DNA of 59,152 nucleotides, filler included, from 5 parts of 5 records of this genome joined end to end with filler, not necessarily neighbours in it, one strand, 5' to 3'. Counted from the first letter of the whole stretch, positions 1-11,433 are shown. Translations and numbers: made by a program. Notes: generated from the letters alone by a model not told the origin.

Positions 1-201
1 AAATGCTGCGTAATATGAGAACTGCACCCAATATTATTAAATAAGGTTTAGGTTTCGTGCATTAACTTGGCTACTAAGGTTTACGAAAAATGGAATAAGG
101 TTTTTATCGCCTATCAATTTTGTGTAATGTTGGTATAAAATGGAACACCGAGCTTGAATTCTACCTTTCAAATCATAGTTTGAGCAAAATCCCCAGGCTC
201 C

Positions 202-797
202 TCACAATCCAAGAAAAATTCCTACAAGGGGCATATAATCCTTCAGTTCCTTACGGAGAATTTTTAAAGCACGGGTGATATTCGATTCTACTGATTTTAG
301 TGAAATGCCCAATTCTTCAGCAATTTCACGGTTCTTTTTACCGTCGAAACGGCTTTTAATAAAAACCTGTTGGCATTTTTCAGGGAGCTTATCAATAGCT
401 GTCTGGATTATTTCTTCCAGTTCGGTGTATTCTAACCTGTCGAATTGAAACGATTCAAGGATTTCGCGGTTCAGTTGATCTTCCTTTTGCTTTAATGAAG
501 TTTGAATATGACCAATTTTATATTTTTCATGACGAAGATAATTCAGACAATCTGTTCGGGCAGAAGTATATAAAAAAGCGCGTATCCCGGTTATACGTTC
601 AACTTTTGCCTGTTTATCCATAATTTCAGAAAAGCTTGCTGAGCTATGTTTTTTGCTTCCTCATTATCAGAAATGAACTGAGAACAAAAACCAACCAAAG
701 CTTCGTAATTGGCATTAAAAATGGCACTAAATGTTGCATTATCTCCCTGTTTAAACAAGAATAAATTTATACCTCCGCTATTTAAGTCGGTAGTCAT
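202..797 (-). CDS. ECF sigma-70 factor (Bacteroidota type), split by a 1-nt indel near 604-607
   Basis: ORF 591..797 has region 2 (EEAKNIAQQAFLKLW); ORF 202..621 has region 4 (LPEKCQQVF..SRFDGKKNREIAEELGISLKSVE). One extra A in an A-run joins them (RQKVERITGIR). Confidence 0.88.
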
Positions 798-990
798 TTA
801 ATGTTCATTTTAGGTTCGGTTTTAGAGTTGCCTAACTTACAAAAATACTTTACCTATTAAAAATGTTTTGTCCTACTGTTAGCAATTTTTGCTGTAATGA
901 TGTATATTCTTTGATAATAAATACTCCAATGCAAGGATACGTATTCCACAGCCAAAAACCTGTAACCTTTTAAATCTAATCCCTTTAGAA

Positions 991-3547
991 TTAGTTTCCT
1001 TCGTACTTAAACCAATCAAATGAAGCAGTCTCCTTACTTTCTTTTCCATTCGATGTGGCGTACATTCCCACATAAGGACCATTAAATCCACCAGCTACTT
1101 CGTCTGAAATAAGCGTTAGTTCTTCTTCTCCTCCAATATTTTGTTGCTCATTTTCCGATTCTCCAAAACTGAATTCAACCGATGTTTTATCTGCTTTAAC
1201 TGTCAAAACAATTTCATCCTCTTTGCAACTTTCACGTACAATTTCGGTCTTAACTCCCTTTTTAGTTTTTATCAGAACTACTTCGTCTTTTTCTTTTAAA
1301 AGCTGAAAATGGTTTTGACTGTTACGGTAAATAATCAATCCTGCCTGCTCGTTTTCTTTTTTTGTTCTGAATGAAACCTTTGTTGAAACTTTCCAAACGT
1401 GGTCTTCTATTCGGCGGGCAATTAACGATGGATTTACAAGGCTGTCGGCAACTTCAGGACGGAGCTCAATATTTAATTTTTCATTTTCTAAATTATACCA
1501 TTTTTCATAAGGTGTACGTAGAAAATTCCAGTGCATGCCTAACTCATCTTTTGTAAATTCATCTTTTTCGGAGGGTCGCTCAACAGGTGTCCAAGGCAAA
1601 TTCGGACGTTTTTGTTCGGGCAATAATTTCCCGATACCTGCATTAAATACAGGTGTTAGAATTCCTTCCTGTTCCCAACTTAACAGGTGTTAAAAATGAC
1701 TCACGAGCTAACAAAGTACTTCCATCCACTTTGCGTTTGCCGAGCATTACAGCCCACCAGTCGCCATTTTGCGTTTGTATCAAATCGGTATGACCAACCG
1801 AATGAATCGGATAATTATTACCCAAATGACGATGCGTTAAAACCGGATTGGAATGATTTGGGATATAAGGTCCCCAAATGCTGTCGGCATGGTGTACGGT
1901 TGTGGCATGATGAAAACCGGTTCCTCCTTCGGCAACCATTAACATATATTTTCCATCGATTTTGTAAATATGTGGTCCTTCGGTCCAACGCGCATTTTTC
2001 GCATGACCATGTGTAAGTTGTTTGCGTTCGCCCACTAGTTTTTCCTGCTCTAAGTCGAGCTTTTGAATCCAGGCACCATTTTTTTGTGGCCAGTCGTTTA
2101 CACCTGTAATATTGGCATGTCCGGTGTAATAACAGGTTCCATCATCGTCCCAAAATAAATCGGGATCGATACCACGAGACCCCAACCAAACCGGGTTGGA
2201 CCATGGCCCGGCAGGATTTGTGGCTGTTATGTAAAAATTACCCTTACACTGCACACAAGTGTTTATAATGTAAAAGATACCGTCATAATAACGAATTGTA
2301 GGTGCATAAACACCACGCGAATCGCCTAATCCTTCAGGTAGTTCTACTTGTTCGGGACGATGCATCCCATAGCCGATTAGTTTCCAATTCACCAAATCCT
2401 TACTGTGATATACCGGCAAACCCGGATACCACTCGAAACTGGAATTTACCAAATAGTAGTCGTCAACCACCCTGCAAATGGAAGGGTCGGGGTGAAAACC
2501 CGGTAGAATTGGATTTTTGTAAGTTTCGGGAGCCCCCTCTAACTTTCCACCAGATGGAGGAGGAGAATCGGGTCGGCAATCATACTTTGCTTTCTTTTCC
2601 TGACTTCCACAAACCACAAGATTATCAGTACCAGCCGTACGGCGGTCGGTGTAGGCGAAAACTTCGATTTTAGCATTTTTTATTTCGCCGTTTAAAGTCA
2701 TGGTTTCGTCCCAAAGGCTTACCAAAACAGCGTTCGGATTTTCTATATCACATCCATCGATATTTACAGTAACCGCATATTTCCCTTTTCTGCCCGAAAT
2801 AATGGCATTATCGGAATTACCTCTGCCCGAATCGCCAATAATTGTAAGATTTTTGAAATGACCAACTGCACCATCGGAATAATTACCCCAGCCCAATTGA
2901 ATGGGCACGCAATTTTTTACCATTTCAATTGTGGTGTTTGTTATAGTCATATCTGCGTACAGTTTTATGGCATCGTCACCGGTAGCAAAGTAGCAATTGT
3001 CGACAGTTGAGCCATTGCCACCCGCAAATCCATCGCTGTGGTTATGATGCCCGCCACGATAATCGATAAAATCGCAGTTTTTAATGTGTGCCTGTTGGTT
3101 AAAACTTCGCACAAAAAACGAATAAGGGTCAATCATCGAAAGGTTGTTCATTTGAAGTACTCCGCCGTGATTTAAAATGTGGCTGTACCTCCAGGCAACA
3201 ATTTTGCGATTATTTGCCCAACTTTGTTCTGGAGTACCATAAATAATGGATGTTTTGTGGTCTTTCCCCTCGATAATGCAATCGGCATAGGTGTGAAATC
3301 CGGCTGTAACTTTTGTATTCTTATTTATTACAATCTTTTTCACCTCGGCTGGAACATTCCAGAAATAGTTGAAACAGGTGTCTTGTCGGTCGAATTCCAG
3401 TTTCCCAGAGGTTTTGAAAGTTAGGGTTGCTGTTTTTGCATTCCAATTGGTTTTACCTGAATAGTGTTTTTGAAGTTCGGGAACTGACTGAGCTTTTACT
3501 CCGCTTATGGAAATTAATAGGATTAAAGTTAATATTAGATTCTTCAT
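991..3547 (-). CDS. Secreted fusion: N-terminal pectin-lyase-fold beta-helix hydrolase (GH28/GH49-like) + GH43 catalytic domain + GH43 C-terminal lectin-like domain; 1-nt indel near 1675
   Basis: Signal peptide MKNLILTLILLISISGVKAQ after RBS AAGGAG. NHSDGF..GDDAIKLY acidic motifs of GH28-like beta-helices. GH43 motifs NPILPGFHPDPSICR, GIDPDLFWDDDG, TEGPHIYK, GHTD. The frame shift gives EQEGILTPVFNAGIGKLLPEQ running into ORF 991..1623 (GGFNGPYVGMYA..FDWFKY). Confidence 0.85.
2533..2567. repeat. Degenerate GC-rich REP-like element forming the inter-domain linker (DSPPPSGGKLEGA)
   Basis: CCCCCTCTAACTTTCCACCAGATGGAGGAGGAGAA resembles, from recall, the dispersed Bacteroidota repeat CCCCCTCTAACTCCCCC..GGGGGAGAA. 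Confidence 0.4.
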
Positions 3548-3645
3548 TATTTCGTCTCCTTTTTTCAATTTCATAGTTACGGTTCATAGTAAGCTGGAGC
3601 TTTAAAGAGCTGTAGTTGATGAACCTAATTTTTTATTCCTGCTTT

Positions 3646-3691
3646 CATAGGGCTCACACCCAATGCTATTACGTGTCTCCCCGTTGGGGCT
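3646..3691. repeat. Degenerate REP-like double hairpin
   Basis: CATAGGG-ctcaca-CCCAATG followed by CCCC-gtt-GGGG in an intergenic spacer. The pattern resembles RAYT-associated REPs of Bacteroidota. Confidence 0.5.
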
Positions 3692-3716
3692 ATTATTAAT
3701 CGCAAATAACTCAAAT

Positions 3717-5261
3717 TTACTTTTCCCAAGGCAACTTCTCCATTCCGTTTGGGCGGAAAGCCGGCAGTTTATTTCCAATCTCTATTGCTCGTTTTTGTTT
3801 CGCCTGATATTCTTCCCTGGTTTCCCATGGATTCCAATACCATTCGTGAGCTTCGTGTTCGCGTTTCATTATTTCTTCAGCTTCATTGACTTTTTCTGGA
3901 TAAATGGCTGCCAGGTTTCTTTTGGTGTAGGTATCCTCTTCAACAAGATATAATTCAATTTTACTATCAGGATTTTTGCGGTAAGCTTTCCAAGGTCCCA
4001 TTCGCACAGCCTGTTCCCTTGCTTTTGAGAAGTACAAAAAATTGTGACCTTCGAATTCTTCCAAATTTCCTTTTAATGCAGGCAGAAGATTTATTCCATC
4101 TAACTTAAACTTCCCGGAATTGACACCTGCCAACTCGCAAGCCGTTGGGAAAAAATCGGGTAACCAAACCGGTTCGCTAATTACCGAAGGTTTGAATTTT
4201 GCGGGCCAGCTAACAAAAAATGGCACGCGGCATCCGCCCTCTAAAACCGAAAATTTTCCACCGGTAAAAGGTCCCTTATTTTTTAACCACGGGTCATCAG
4301 GCCAGTGAGGAGCATTTCCGCGGTTCATGTAGCCGGCCATTGAATAGCCATTATCGGATGCAAAAAAGATGATAGTATTATCGTACTGCTCTGTTTTTTT
4401 TAGATATTCAACCAATTCTCCAACAAAATTATCAAGTTTAATTACCATTGCAGCCCATTCACGAGCTTTTAGATTTATACTGTCGGGATGTTGCATTTCG
4501 CCCAAATCAGGAATAATCATTGGTCCATGCGGTAATTGTGTGGCGTAATACAAAAAGAATGGTTTGTTTGTCTTTTCAGGATTATTCTTTCTCAGAAATC
4601 CAAAGGCTGCCTTTTCAATTTCATTTTCTGAATAAGAATATTTTGTAGGTTCTTTCAACTCTTCAATAAATAGTTTCCCATTTTCATCGTAAGTATTCGC
4701 CGGTTTACTTTGGTCGTACCGTTTAGGCATATCGAAACCTTGATTTTCGGGGTATTCAATTATTTTATCGTTTTCGCGTAAATAATGCGGAATATAAGTG
4801 TGTGCGCGAGTTTGATCATAATAGCCAAAAGCATAGTCAAAACCTTGTTTATAAGGAACACCTTCGGTTCCGGGCAAGCCAATTCCCCATTTCCCTGTAA
4901 ACCCGGTGTTATATCCAGCTTCTTTTAAAACTTCGGCAATGGTTAAATCTTCGTCACGTAAATTATCTTGTCCGCGCGCACTTGAATTGGTACGAATTGG
5001 TCCGTGCCCGGTGTGTTTCCCGGTTAACAAGCAACCACGCGATGGGGCACATTCGGGGGCAGCGGCATAAGCTTGTGTAAACCGAATTCCGCAGGTTGCC
5101 AATGCATCGAGGTTGGGTGTTTGGTAACGTTGTTGCCCATAACAGCTTAAGTCGCGGTAACTCATGTCGTCGGCTAAAATGAAGATGATGTTGGGCTGGG
5201 GTGTTTGTGCATTGCCTAAGAATGTAATTGCTATGAAAAAAGTTATAAATATTGGTCTCAT
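3717..5261 (-). CDS. Formylglycine-dependent sulfatase (S1 family), secreted
   Basis: PNIIFILADD, CAPSR core motif, GKWG, SDNG, EGGCRVP; signal peptide. Confidence 0.95.
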   Translation of the reverse strand: MRPIFITFFIAITFLGNAQTPQPNIIFILADDMSYRDLSCYGQQRYQTPNLDALATCGIRFTQAYAAAPECAPSRGCLLTGKHTGHGPIRTNSSARGQDNLRDEDLTIAEVLKEAGYNTGFTGKWGIGLPGTEGVPYKQGFDYAFGYYDQTRAHTYIPHYLRENDKIIEYPENQGFDMPKRYDQSKPANTYDENGKLFIEELKEPTKYSYSENEIEKAAFGFLRKNNPEKTNKPFFLYYATQLPHGPMIIPDLGEMQHPDSINLKAREWAAMVIKLDNFVGELVEYLKKTEQYDNTIIFFASDNGYSMAGYMNRGNAPHWPDDPWLKNKGPFTGGKFSVLEGGCRVPFFVSWPAKFKPSVISEPVWLPDFFPTACELAGVNSGKFKLDGINLLPALKGNLEEFEGHNFLYFSKAREQAVRMGPWKAYRKNPDSKIELYLVEEDTYTKRNLAAIYPEKVNEAEEIMKREHEAHEWYWNPWETREEYQAKQKRAIEIGNKLPAFRPNGMEKLPWEK

Positions 5262-5396
5262 TTCAATCTATTTTCTGGTTATTTCGTCCGAAGTCTTTTC
5301 AGTTTTTCAAACTATGTTCTACCGCGGACGAGTTCAATTTTTGCTTATTTTCCCCGGGGAAAAACCCGGGAAAACCAAAATTAAATCCCAACGGGA

Positions 5397-6410
5397 TTAT
5401 TTGTTTGCCGCAGCATTTGAACGGCGCAATAATTCGTTGTGGATTCGTTCTGACCACTGTTTGAATTTTGCTTCGTTTGCTTTTTCCACTTCCGGTGGAT
5501 TGGTTCCGTTACTTTTTATATCCTCCAAACTAACTCCCCAGTTTTCCAGTAATACCCAATAGGTTGCGGCATCGGAATGGTCGACACAGTTGTGGACGTA
5601 TTTTCCTTCGATAAACTTTTGCCCAAGCGCACTGCTTTTAAATTGATTGAAATATTCTTCGCCTTTGAGGCTACCGCTAACAATTCCGTGTTGCCCAATG
5701 GCACCGCACTCGTAATATTTAATTTTGCCTTTTAATGCCATCTGTTTTAGGTAGGCACAAGCATTTGCATCTTCGCGACAATTGGCAACATCTTCGGGGT
5801 GTTCGGGTGAGCCTTGGTGCCATGAAGAATTAGTCCAGTGCGCAATAAAACGGAGATTGTTTAAAATATCTTGTCGCCCGGTTGTAATGCAATGGTTTAC
5901 AAAAATTGCAGGTTCGGTTAGCGAGCCCCAGCATAAAACATTTATTATTTCGTTTTCTTTTTCAACCAAATTGAAAAGAGATTCCACTGTTGAATAGTTT
6001 TTTAATGAAGTATATTTTCGGTAAGGATTGTAACGTTCCGATGATTCCTTTAAACACGATTGCACAAACTCAATCGTTTCAGGATAACCACCAATATTCT
6101 TGTTCAGATTAGAAATATCTTTCCGATAAGCTTCTCCCCAAAAGAGGTTAGCCCATTCGCCCTGATGGGGTGTAGTTTTATGCTCACTCCGGTGAGTACT
6201 GCCTACCGCAATTCCCTTTGTATCGAACATATTTGCCATAAGCAGGTAACCTGCCATAGCCGAAATATCGTCGGGATCGTTTATGGTCCCCATGTGGTTA
6301 TTGCCCGGCAGAGAATTGTCGGTCATGTCGGTGAAAATCCACACTTTTGGCTTTTGTGCAAAAACTCCTATTGCAAAACAACAAAGTATCAGAATTATCA
6401 GATTTTTCAT
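5397..6410 (-). CDS. Nucleoside-hydrolase-like (DUF1593-type) secreted protein
   Basis: Signal peptide; VWIFTDM...DPDD motif; NVLCWG. Confidence 0.7.
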   Translation of the reverse strand: MKNLIILILCCFAIGVFAQKPKVWIFTDMTDNSLPGNNHMGTINDPDDISAMAGYLLMANMFDTKGIAVGSTHRSEHKTTPHQGEWANLFWGEAYRKDISNLNKNIGGYPETIEFVQSCLKESSERYNPYRKYTSLKNYSTVESLFNLVEKENEIINVLCWGSLTEPAIFVNHCITTGRQDILNNLRFIAHWTNSSWHQGSPEHPEDVANCREDANACAYLKQMALKGKIKYYECGAIGQHGIVSGSLKGEEYFNQFKSSALGQKFIEGKYVHNCVDHSDAATYWVLLENWGVSLEDIKSNGTNPPEVEKANEAKFKQWSERIHNELLRRSNAAANK

Positions 6411-6504
6411 AATGGTCTATTGGTTTATACTCTGCAAATGAAAAGTAAATCAAAGAAATTGAATTGCTCTGTTGTTCGGGATTGTTTCCTTGGTGTACAA
6501 TGTT

Positions 6505-8754
6505 TTATTCTTTAATAAAACGTGCAGAAGCAATCGTTTTATTTCCTCGAATATTCACAATATACAAGCCTGGTTTTAGGTATTTAACCGAAACATCTTC
6601 TTTTTCATTAATAGTTTGAAAACTGTATACCAGTACTCCTCGAGCATCAACTATTGTAGCATAACAATCTTTTGGAATTCCTGTGATTGTAATATTTGAA
6701 TCTGCAGGATTTGGGAAAATTTTAATCTTATCCTTCAACCTCAAATCTGTTTTAGTTGAAGTTATCGTAGAAAAGACAATTGAATCAACAGGCAAATCAA
6801 AATAATCATCACCCTCTTCAAAAGTAACTTCTATTGTATGGTTTTGCTGAATATTTTTGAAGAGATGCATTTGCTCCCACCCAACTGACTTCCCATCAAC
6901 TTTAACTTCTTTTATTTTGAAGCCATTATTGGGTTGAATTGATATGGTTTGTGAAGTTCCCTCGGGGCAATCAACAGCACCGGCTGTTCCTTTTGGGAAA
7001 CATTCTCCTCCGTCACCACAAAGCACGCTAATTTTGTATAGTTCGCCTGTTGAATTAAAAGTAATGTTGCGTGCATAATTGTCTACATCGGTATTTACTC
7101 CATTGGAACCTTGCAAATTCAGGTCGAAATAGTTTTTGTAATTGTCGAAAGTTACCAGCGTACCATCCACCACAAAGTTGGTAAAGGAAAAGTTTTCCAC
7201 CCAGGCAATGCGGTTATCTCGTTTTAATCCCTTGAGCCGGTTTAACTGTTTCTCTCCATTGCTTCGTTGAAACGGGTAATCGGCTTTAATATTTATAAAT
7301 CGGAAATCGCGAAACCAGGTGTCGTAATTGGTTGAGGTCCCTTGGTCGAGGATTTGGGCATCAACCAGATTTGTAATTGGATGATTGATATGAATATCTT
7401 TTAATTCAACATTATGGGTTTGAATTCCAAAATCGGCTTGCGAACCAACAATGCCATCGTTGTTCGAGTAATTGTTTTTGGTTTCGGGATTGATGATGTG
7501 GTTATTATTAAACCACCAGCCCTCGCCGCCAAGTGTACTCCACGAAATCATTCCAACAGAACCATTAAACATAGGCCAGATTACCGAATTTTTAAACACG
7601 TGGTTGCCACGTACATAGTCGTAATCGTCCATGCTTTTTATGAAAATCTCATCAACAATAGTTGCATCTCCGGAGCGCACTCCATCGTTGTTGTAGTTAA
7701 AACCAAGAATTTTAATGTTTTTAATCAGGCCTCGTTTCCCCGACGGGCAAGTGTGGTGAAAAGGTTCGATAATGCAAATACCATCCATACGAATATCGTC
7801 GCAGCCAATAAAATCGACAAAAGCTTCTTTGGTTTGGGTTTTATGAATCCAGTTACCCTCGTTGTCGAATTCTGGAATAAGAATCTCATGAAACAGGTGG
7901 TCGCGTCCAGACACCACACCACGACCGTAAAGCCAAACATTATCGTGCCCGCGTCCGTTAAAACAGCCTCGAACATACGCCCCCGGAGCCAGATATATTT
8001 TTTGCGATTTATTTAAACGCAACTGTCCGTGATACAGCGGTGAAGTTTCCATATTTTCCGGTACAGTTAAAAACTCTTGTTGGTTGTCTTTGTGGCCTTT
8101 CATTTTATGGTCGCCGGCCGGGAAATATATTATTTCAGCATTTCGGATGGTTTCGATGTTGGTTTCGTTATCCCAAACCACAACGTCGGGATCGGTTGGC
8201 TGCGGGATTTCGTATCCGGCTTCACTTTCAGGCTTATCGGCAAAAAGCATTAAGCCATGTTTTATGTGAAAGCCTCCTGCCCCATCGCCATCGTGGTTAT
8301 CGTCAGAAACAAAATTTACGCTAATGTAGCCCCATTCGTTTATGACAAAACGCACCACTTGCCCATCGAAATAATGGGGATTAATATTGTATGCCTTTGG
8401 TGTAATTTCAACTCTTGACGCCAAGTCGCCAAACAGTTTTCTTACTTCAATTTCAATTGGTCCGGAGAATGCAAAAGTTGCAAAGGAAGTTCGGCGGTCG
8501 CTGGTGATATTCCAGGCGCTGGCTTGTTCGCCACAAATAGGATGGTCTTGTGGCGAACGCGGAACTACATTCAAAACAGTTATTTCCTGCCAACTTTCGT
8601 AATTGCCATTGGCGTTTAAAACACGTGCCCGAACGGCGTATTGTTCCGAAATAATATCCGGATCGGAAGTCGGGAATGGATAGGTTTCGAGCTGTGCTGA
8701 AACTTTTATAGAAAAAGTAAAAAGACAAAAGGCAAAAGTAAGAAGTCGTTTCAT
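6505..8754 (-). CDS. T9SS-secreted beta-helix glycoside hydrolase (GH49/GH28-like) with a C-terminal sorting domain
   Basis: Signal peptide; IYFPAGDH, KIYLAPGAYVRG, YGRGVVSG, NNDG..MDD; Ig-like repeat; T9SS CTD (IFPNPA..LKPGLYIV..RFIKE). Confidence 0.8.
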   Translation of the reverse strand: MKRLLTFAFCLFTFSIKVSAQLETYPFPTSDPDIISEQYAVRARVLNANGNYESWQEITVLNVVPRSPQDHPICGEQASAWNITSDRRTSFATFAFSGPIEIEVRKLFGDLASRVEITPKAYNINPHYFDGQVVRFVINEWGYISVNFVSDDNHDGDGAGGFHIKHGLMLFADKPESEAGYEIPQPTDPDVVVWDNETNIETIRNAEIIYFPAGDHKMKGHKDNQQEFLTVPENMETSPLYHGQLRLNKSQKIYLAPGAYVRGCFNGRGHDNVWLYGRGVVSGRDHLFHEILIPEFDNEGNWIHKTQTKEAFVDFIGCDDIRMDGICIIEPFHHTCPSGKRGLIKNIKILGFNYNNDGVRSGDATIVDEIFIKSMDDYDYVRGNHVFKNSVIWPMFNGSVGMISWSTLGGEGWWFNNNHIINPETKNNYSNNDGIVGSQADFGIQTHNVELKDIHINHPITNLVDAQILDQGTSTNYDTWFRDFRFINIKADYPFQRSNGEKQLNRLKGLKRDNRIAWVENFSFTNFVVDGTLVTFDNYKNYFDLNLQGSNGVNTDVDNYARNITFNSTGELYKISVLCGDGGECFPKGTAGAVDCPEGTSQTISIQPNNGFKIKEVKVDGKSVGWEQMHLFKNIQQNHTIEVTFEEGDDYFDLPVDSIVFSTITSTKTDLRLKDKIKIFPNPADSNITITGIPKDCYATIVDARGVLVYSFQTINEKEDVSVKYLKPGLYIVNIRGNKTIASARFIKE

Positions 8755-8870
8755 TGGTAACAGTTTTAGTCTGCTCCAAATTTAAACGGGTATTGTTGAG
8801 GGCTTTTGTTTAAGGGTGTTTTTGTTTTGTTGGGTTGTACAGATGTTGGAATTGGAACGCAGATGACGGG

Positions 8871-9020
8871 TTAGCCTTGATTAATATGTCTTTTTATCGT
8901 CTCTTCTAATCTTTTGTCTAATTCTTCCTCTGTTAAATATATGGCCTGCTTTTCTTCTATCTCTCGTAGTTCCCTTTCTAAATAGTCTTTGTTTTTCTGA
9001 TAGTTTTTGTCCTTTTCCAT
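8871..9020 (-). CDS. 49-aa charged small ORF, possibly a remnant of an antitoxin-like gene
   Basis: Manual translation MEKDKNYQKNKDYLERELREIEEKQAIYLTEEELDKRLEETIKRHINQG; amphipathic helical pattern; not in the ORF track. Confidence 0.4.
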   Translation of the reverse strand: MEKDKNYQKNKDYLERELREIEEKQAIYLTEEELDKRLEETIKRHINQG

Positions 9021-9078
9021 TTATATTAAATCTGATATTAACAAAGGTATCAACTAACCTATAAAGCAAACTTGATTT

Positions 9079-9783
9079 ATGTTTAATATTTTCATTATTT
9101 TTAATAAAAAAATGGACAAAGAAATTTCAAAACAATACAAAAGGCTTATTCTAAAAAGCATATTAGTATTATGTATAGGTATATTGCTGGTCATTATTTC
9201 TCCTTATATTTTTACTAGAAACGTAGGAATTATTGACTTTTCAAAAACAGGTCAAATAGGAGACACAATAGGAGGTATAACTGCTCCAATTGTAGGTTTA
9301 ATAGGAGGCTTTCTTGTTCTTATTTCTTTTGCAGAGCAATGGAAAGCTAATAGAATTCAATGGAAAGAATTAGAAAAGATACGTGAAGATAAATTAAAAG
9401 ATGAAAGAATAGAGTTAGTATGGAAATTATATGATGAAGTAAAAAATGACTTCAACAAAATTGAACATATAGATGTTTTCATTCAAAACCTAACTCAAAA
9501 AACAGCAATGGCCGATAGTAGTTACAATGCCCTTTCAATACATTTAAATCCTATTTTAAATAACTTCAACTATCTTCTTCTTCTTTTTTTAGGATTAAAT
9601 CAAGGAAGAATTAGACCAGATTATGCTGCTACATTTATCTTTAAATTTGAAACCTTATATGATTCATTTGAAATCCTTTATAAAGGATTTCCTGATATCG
9701 CCGCCCGAAAAGTAATTGAAAATCATTTTAACAAAATCACTCCTAATCTCGAAAAACTTAGGAAACTCAACTGGATTAAATAA
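9079..9783 (+). CDS. AT-rich two-TM membrane protein, N-terminus similar to putative abortive-infection (putAbiC-like) proteins
   Basis: TM-GQIGDTIGGITAPIVGLIG-TM-EQWKANRIQ pattern; opposite strand and lower GC than the surrounding cluster. The start may be the ATG at 9112. Confidence 0.55.
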   Translation: MFNIFIIFNKKMDKEISKQYKRLILKSILVLCIGILLVIISPYIFTRNVGIIDFSKTGQIGDTIGGITAPIVGLIGGFLVLISFAEQWKANRIQWKELEKIREDKLKDERIELVWKLYDEVKNDFNKIEHIDVFIQNLTQKTAMADSSYNALSIHLNPILNNFNYLLLLFLGLNQGRIRPDYAATFIFKFETLYDSFEILYKGFPDIAARKVIENHFNKITPNLEKLRKLNWIK

Positions 9784-9788
9784 TAATT

Positions 9789-9812
9789 TACAGCGGTTCG
9801 GAAACCGCTGCA
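9789..9812. terminator. Hairpin between convergent genes (terminator or REP)
   Basis: CAGCGGTT-cgga-AACCGCTG perfect 8-bp stem. Confidence 0.6.
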
Positions 9813-9814
9813 CC

Positions 9815-11413
9815 CTACTCTTTCAAATCCCCGTCAAAATCAGAATCATTTACCCAGCCGGTTTTCATTTTTTCGCCACTCATAAAACGGTTATAAAAAT
9901 TGCGGTCGGCACCTGAATATTCATATTTATCAAAAATATCACCACCGCCCAAAATTCTGGGATCGCCTTGCTCGGTAAGTTTTTGTTTCATTTCGGCATA
10001 CATGGCTGCTTTTCTTTCTGCGAATTCAGGCATCTCAGCAAGGTTGTTCATACAAAATGGGTCGGCATTTATATCGTACAATTCTTCTTCAACACGCTTG
10101 CCAAAATTCAATTGCCAATATTCCATTTCTCCCTTTTTGCGACGTGTATCTAAAATGTAGCTTTTTGTTGGGCTGCCATCGCAATTTAAGTAGCCTGTTT
10201 CAGGATTACCAAGGGGCCAGCGGTCGGTTTTAAAATTTCGCAAATACAAATAGCCATCTTTATTTATTCCTCTAACCGGGTAGCCTTGGTCATCGGGCCG
10301 ACCAATATCGTGGCGTTCTTTGCCAACCAGTACAAAATTGCGGTCGTTGGTAACCGTTCCCTCTTTTTCTGAATAAAAAATATCGGTTAAACTTGTACCT
10401 GTGGTAGCTTGCATTCCTGCAGATTCAGGCGTTAAACCAGCAAGTTCTAAATAGGTTGGTGTAAAGTCGATAAAATTTACAAAATCATCTACAACACGCC
10501 CCGGATTTTTAATTCCGTTGGGCCACATAATTGCCAGCGGAAGGTGGTTAGAATATTCGTAAACCTGTCCTTTTATTCGCGGAAAAGGCATGCCATTATC
10601 GGCAGTTACCACCACCAAAGTATTTTCAAGTTCGCCAATCTCATCCAAATAATTTAGCATTTTTTGCAGGTGGCTATCAAAATGTTCAATCTCAAAAGCA
10701 TAGTCGAGCATGTCTTTTCGTACCGAATCAACATCGGGCCAAAATGTTGGAACTTTATCAATTTGGTCAGTCGATTTACCTCCGTATTTTATACCTGCTT
10801 CAAATTCGTAAGCGCGGTGCGGTTCGGTGCTTCCGTACCAAAAGCAAAAAGGATGACCTTCGGGGCGTTGCTCCAGAAAGTATTCGAAGTTTTTGGCATA
10901 ATCGTTATTCGAAATTTGTTTGGCAGGTGGCACAAGTTTGTGTTTGTTAAAAGTTGGGCCTGTTAGTTGGCGTTTCTTACCATCAATCATTCCGGGGTTG
11001 CCGGGAGCCCATCCTTTGGCAATGCTGCCTACCCAATAACCGTTTTCGCCCAAAGCCTCGGCATAGGTTTTAAATTTTGTCGGGAAATTTGGAAAGTGAT
11101 TTGCTGCTTCTTCCAGTTGCCAGCTGTTACGTCCGGTTAAAATACACGAACGCGATGGCGCGCATTTGGCATTTGGCGTGTAAGCATGGGTAAAAAGAAT
11201 TCCATTTTCTGCTACTCGGTCGAAACCCGGAGTTTTTACCCAATCGCAACCATAAGCGCCAAAATGTTTCCACGAGGCATCGTCGGCTATGGCGAATAAA
11301 ATATTTGGTGGCTTGATGTTGGATTCCCGATTCTGGTTAGATGACTTTGATGTGCAACTTGTTAATATTGCAGCAAAAATGAAGAAGATTGTTGTTAGTT
11401 TAGCTGTTGTCAT
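9815..11413 (-). CDS. Sulfatase (S1, heparan N-sulfatase-like subfamily), lipoprotein
   Basis: Lipobox [31 protein letters not shown]. Confidence 0.95.
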   Translation of the reverse strand: MTTAKLTTIFFIFAAILTSCTSKSSNQNRESNIKPPNILFAIADDASWKHFGAYGCDWVKTPGFDRVAENGILFTHAYTPNAKCAPSRSCILTGRNSWQLEEAANHFPNFPTKFKTYAEALGENGYWVGSIAKGWAPGNPGMIDGKKRQLTGPTFNKHKLVPPAKQISNNDYAKNFEYFLEQRPEGHPFCFWYGSTEPHRAYEFEAGIKYGGKSTDQIDKVPTFWPDVDSVRKDMLDYAFEIEHFDSHLQKMLNYLDEIGELENTLVVVTADNGMPFPRIKGQVYEYSNHLPLAIMWPNGIKNPGRVVDDFVNFIDFTPTYLELAGLTPESAGMQATTGTSLTDIFYSEKEGTVTNDRNFVLVGKERHDIGRPDDQGYPVRGINKDGYLYLRNFKTDRWPLGNPETGYLNCDGSPTKSYILDTRRKKGEMEYWQLNFGKRVEEELYDINADPFCMNNLAEMPEFAERKAAMYAEMKQKLTEQGDPRILGGGDIFDKYEYSGADRNFYNRFMSGEKMKTGWVNDSDFDGDLKE

Positions 11414-11433
11414 TTTTTATTGTTTGTTATCTC

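Noticed and set aside
5348-5374. Palindromic TTTTCCCCGGGGAAAAACCCGGGAAAA between two genes
   Set aside because: Single low-complexity instance; at most an mRNA-stabilising hairpin.
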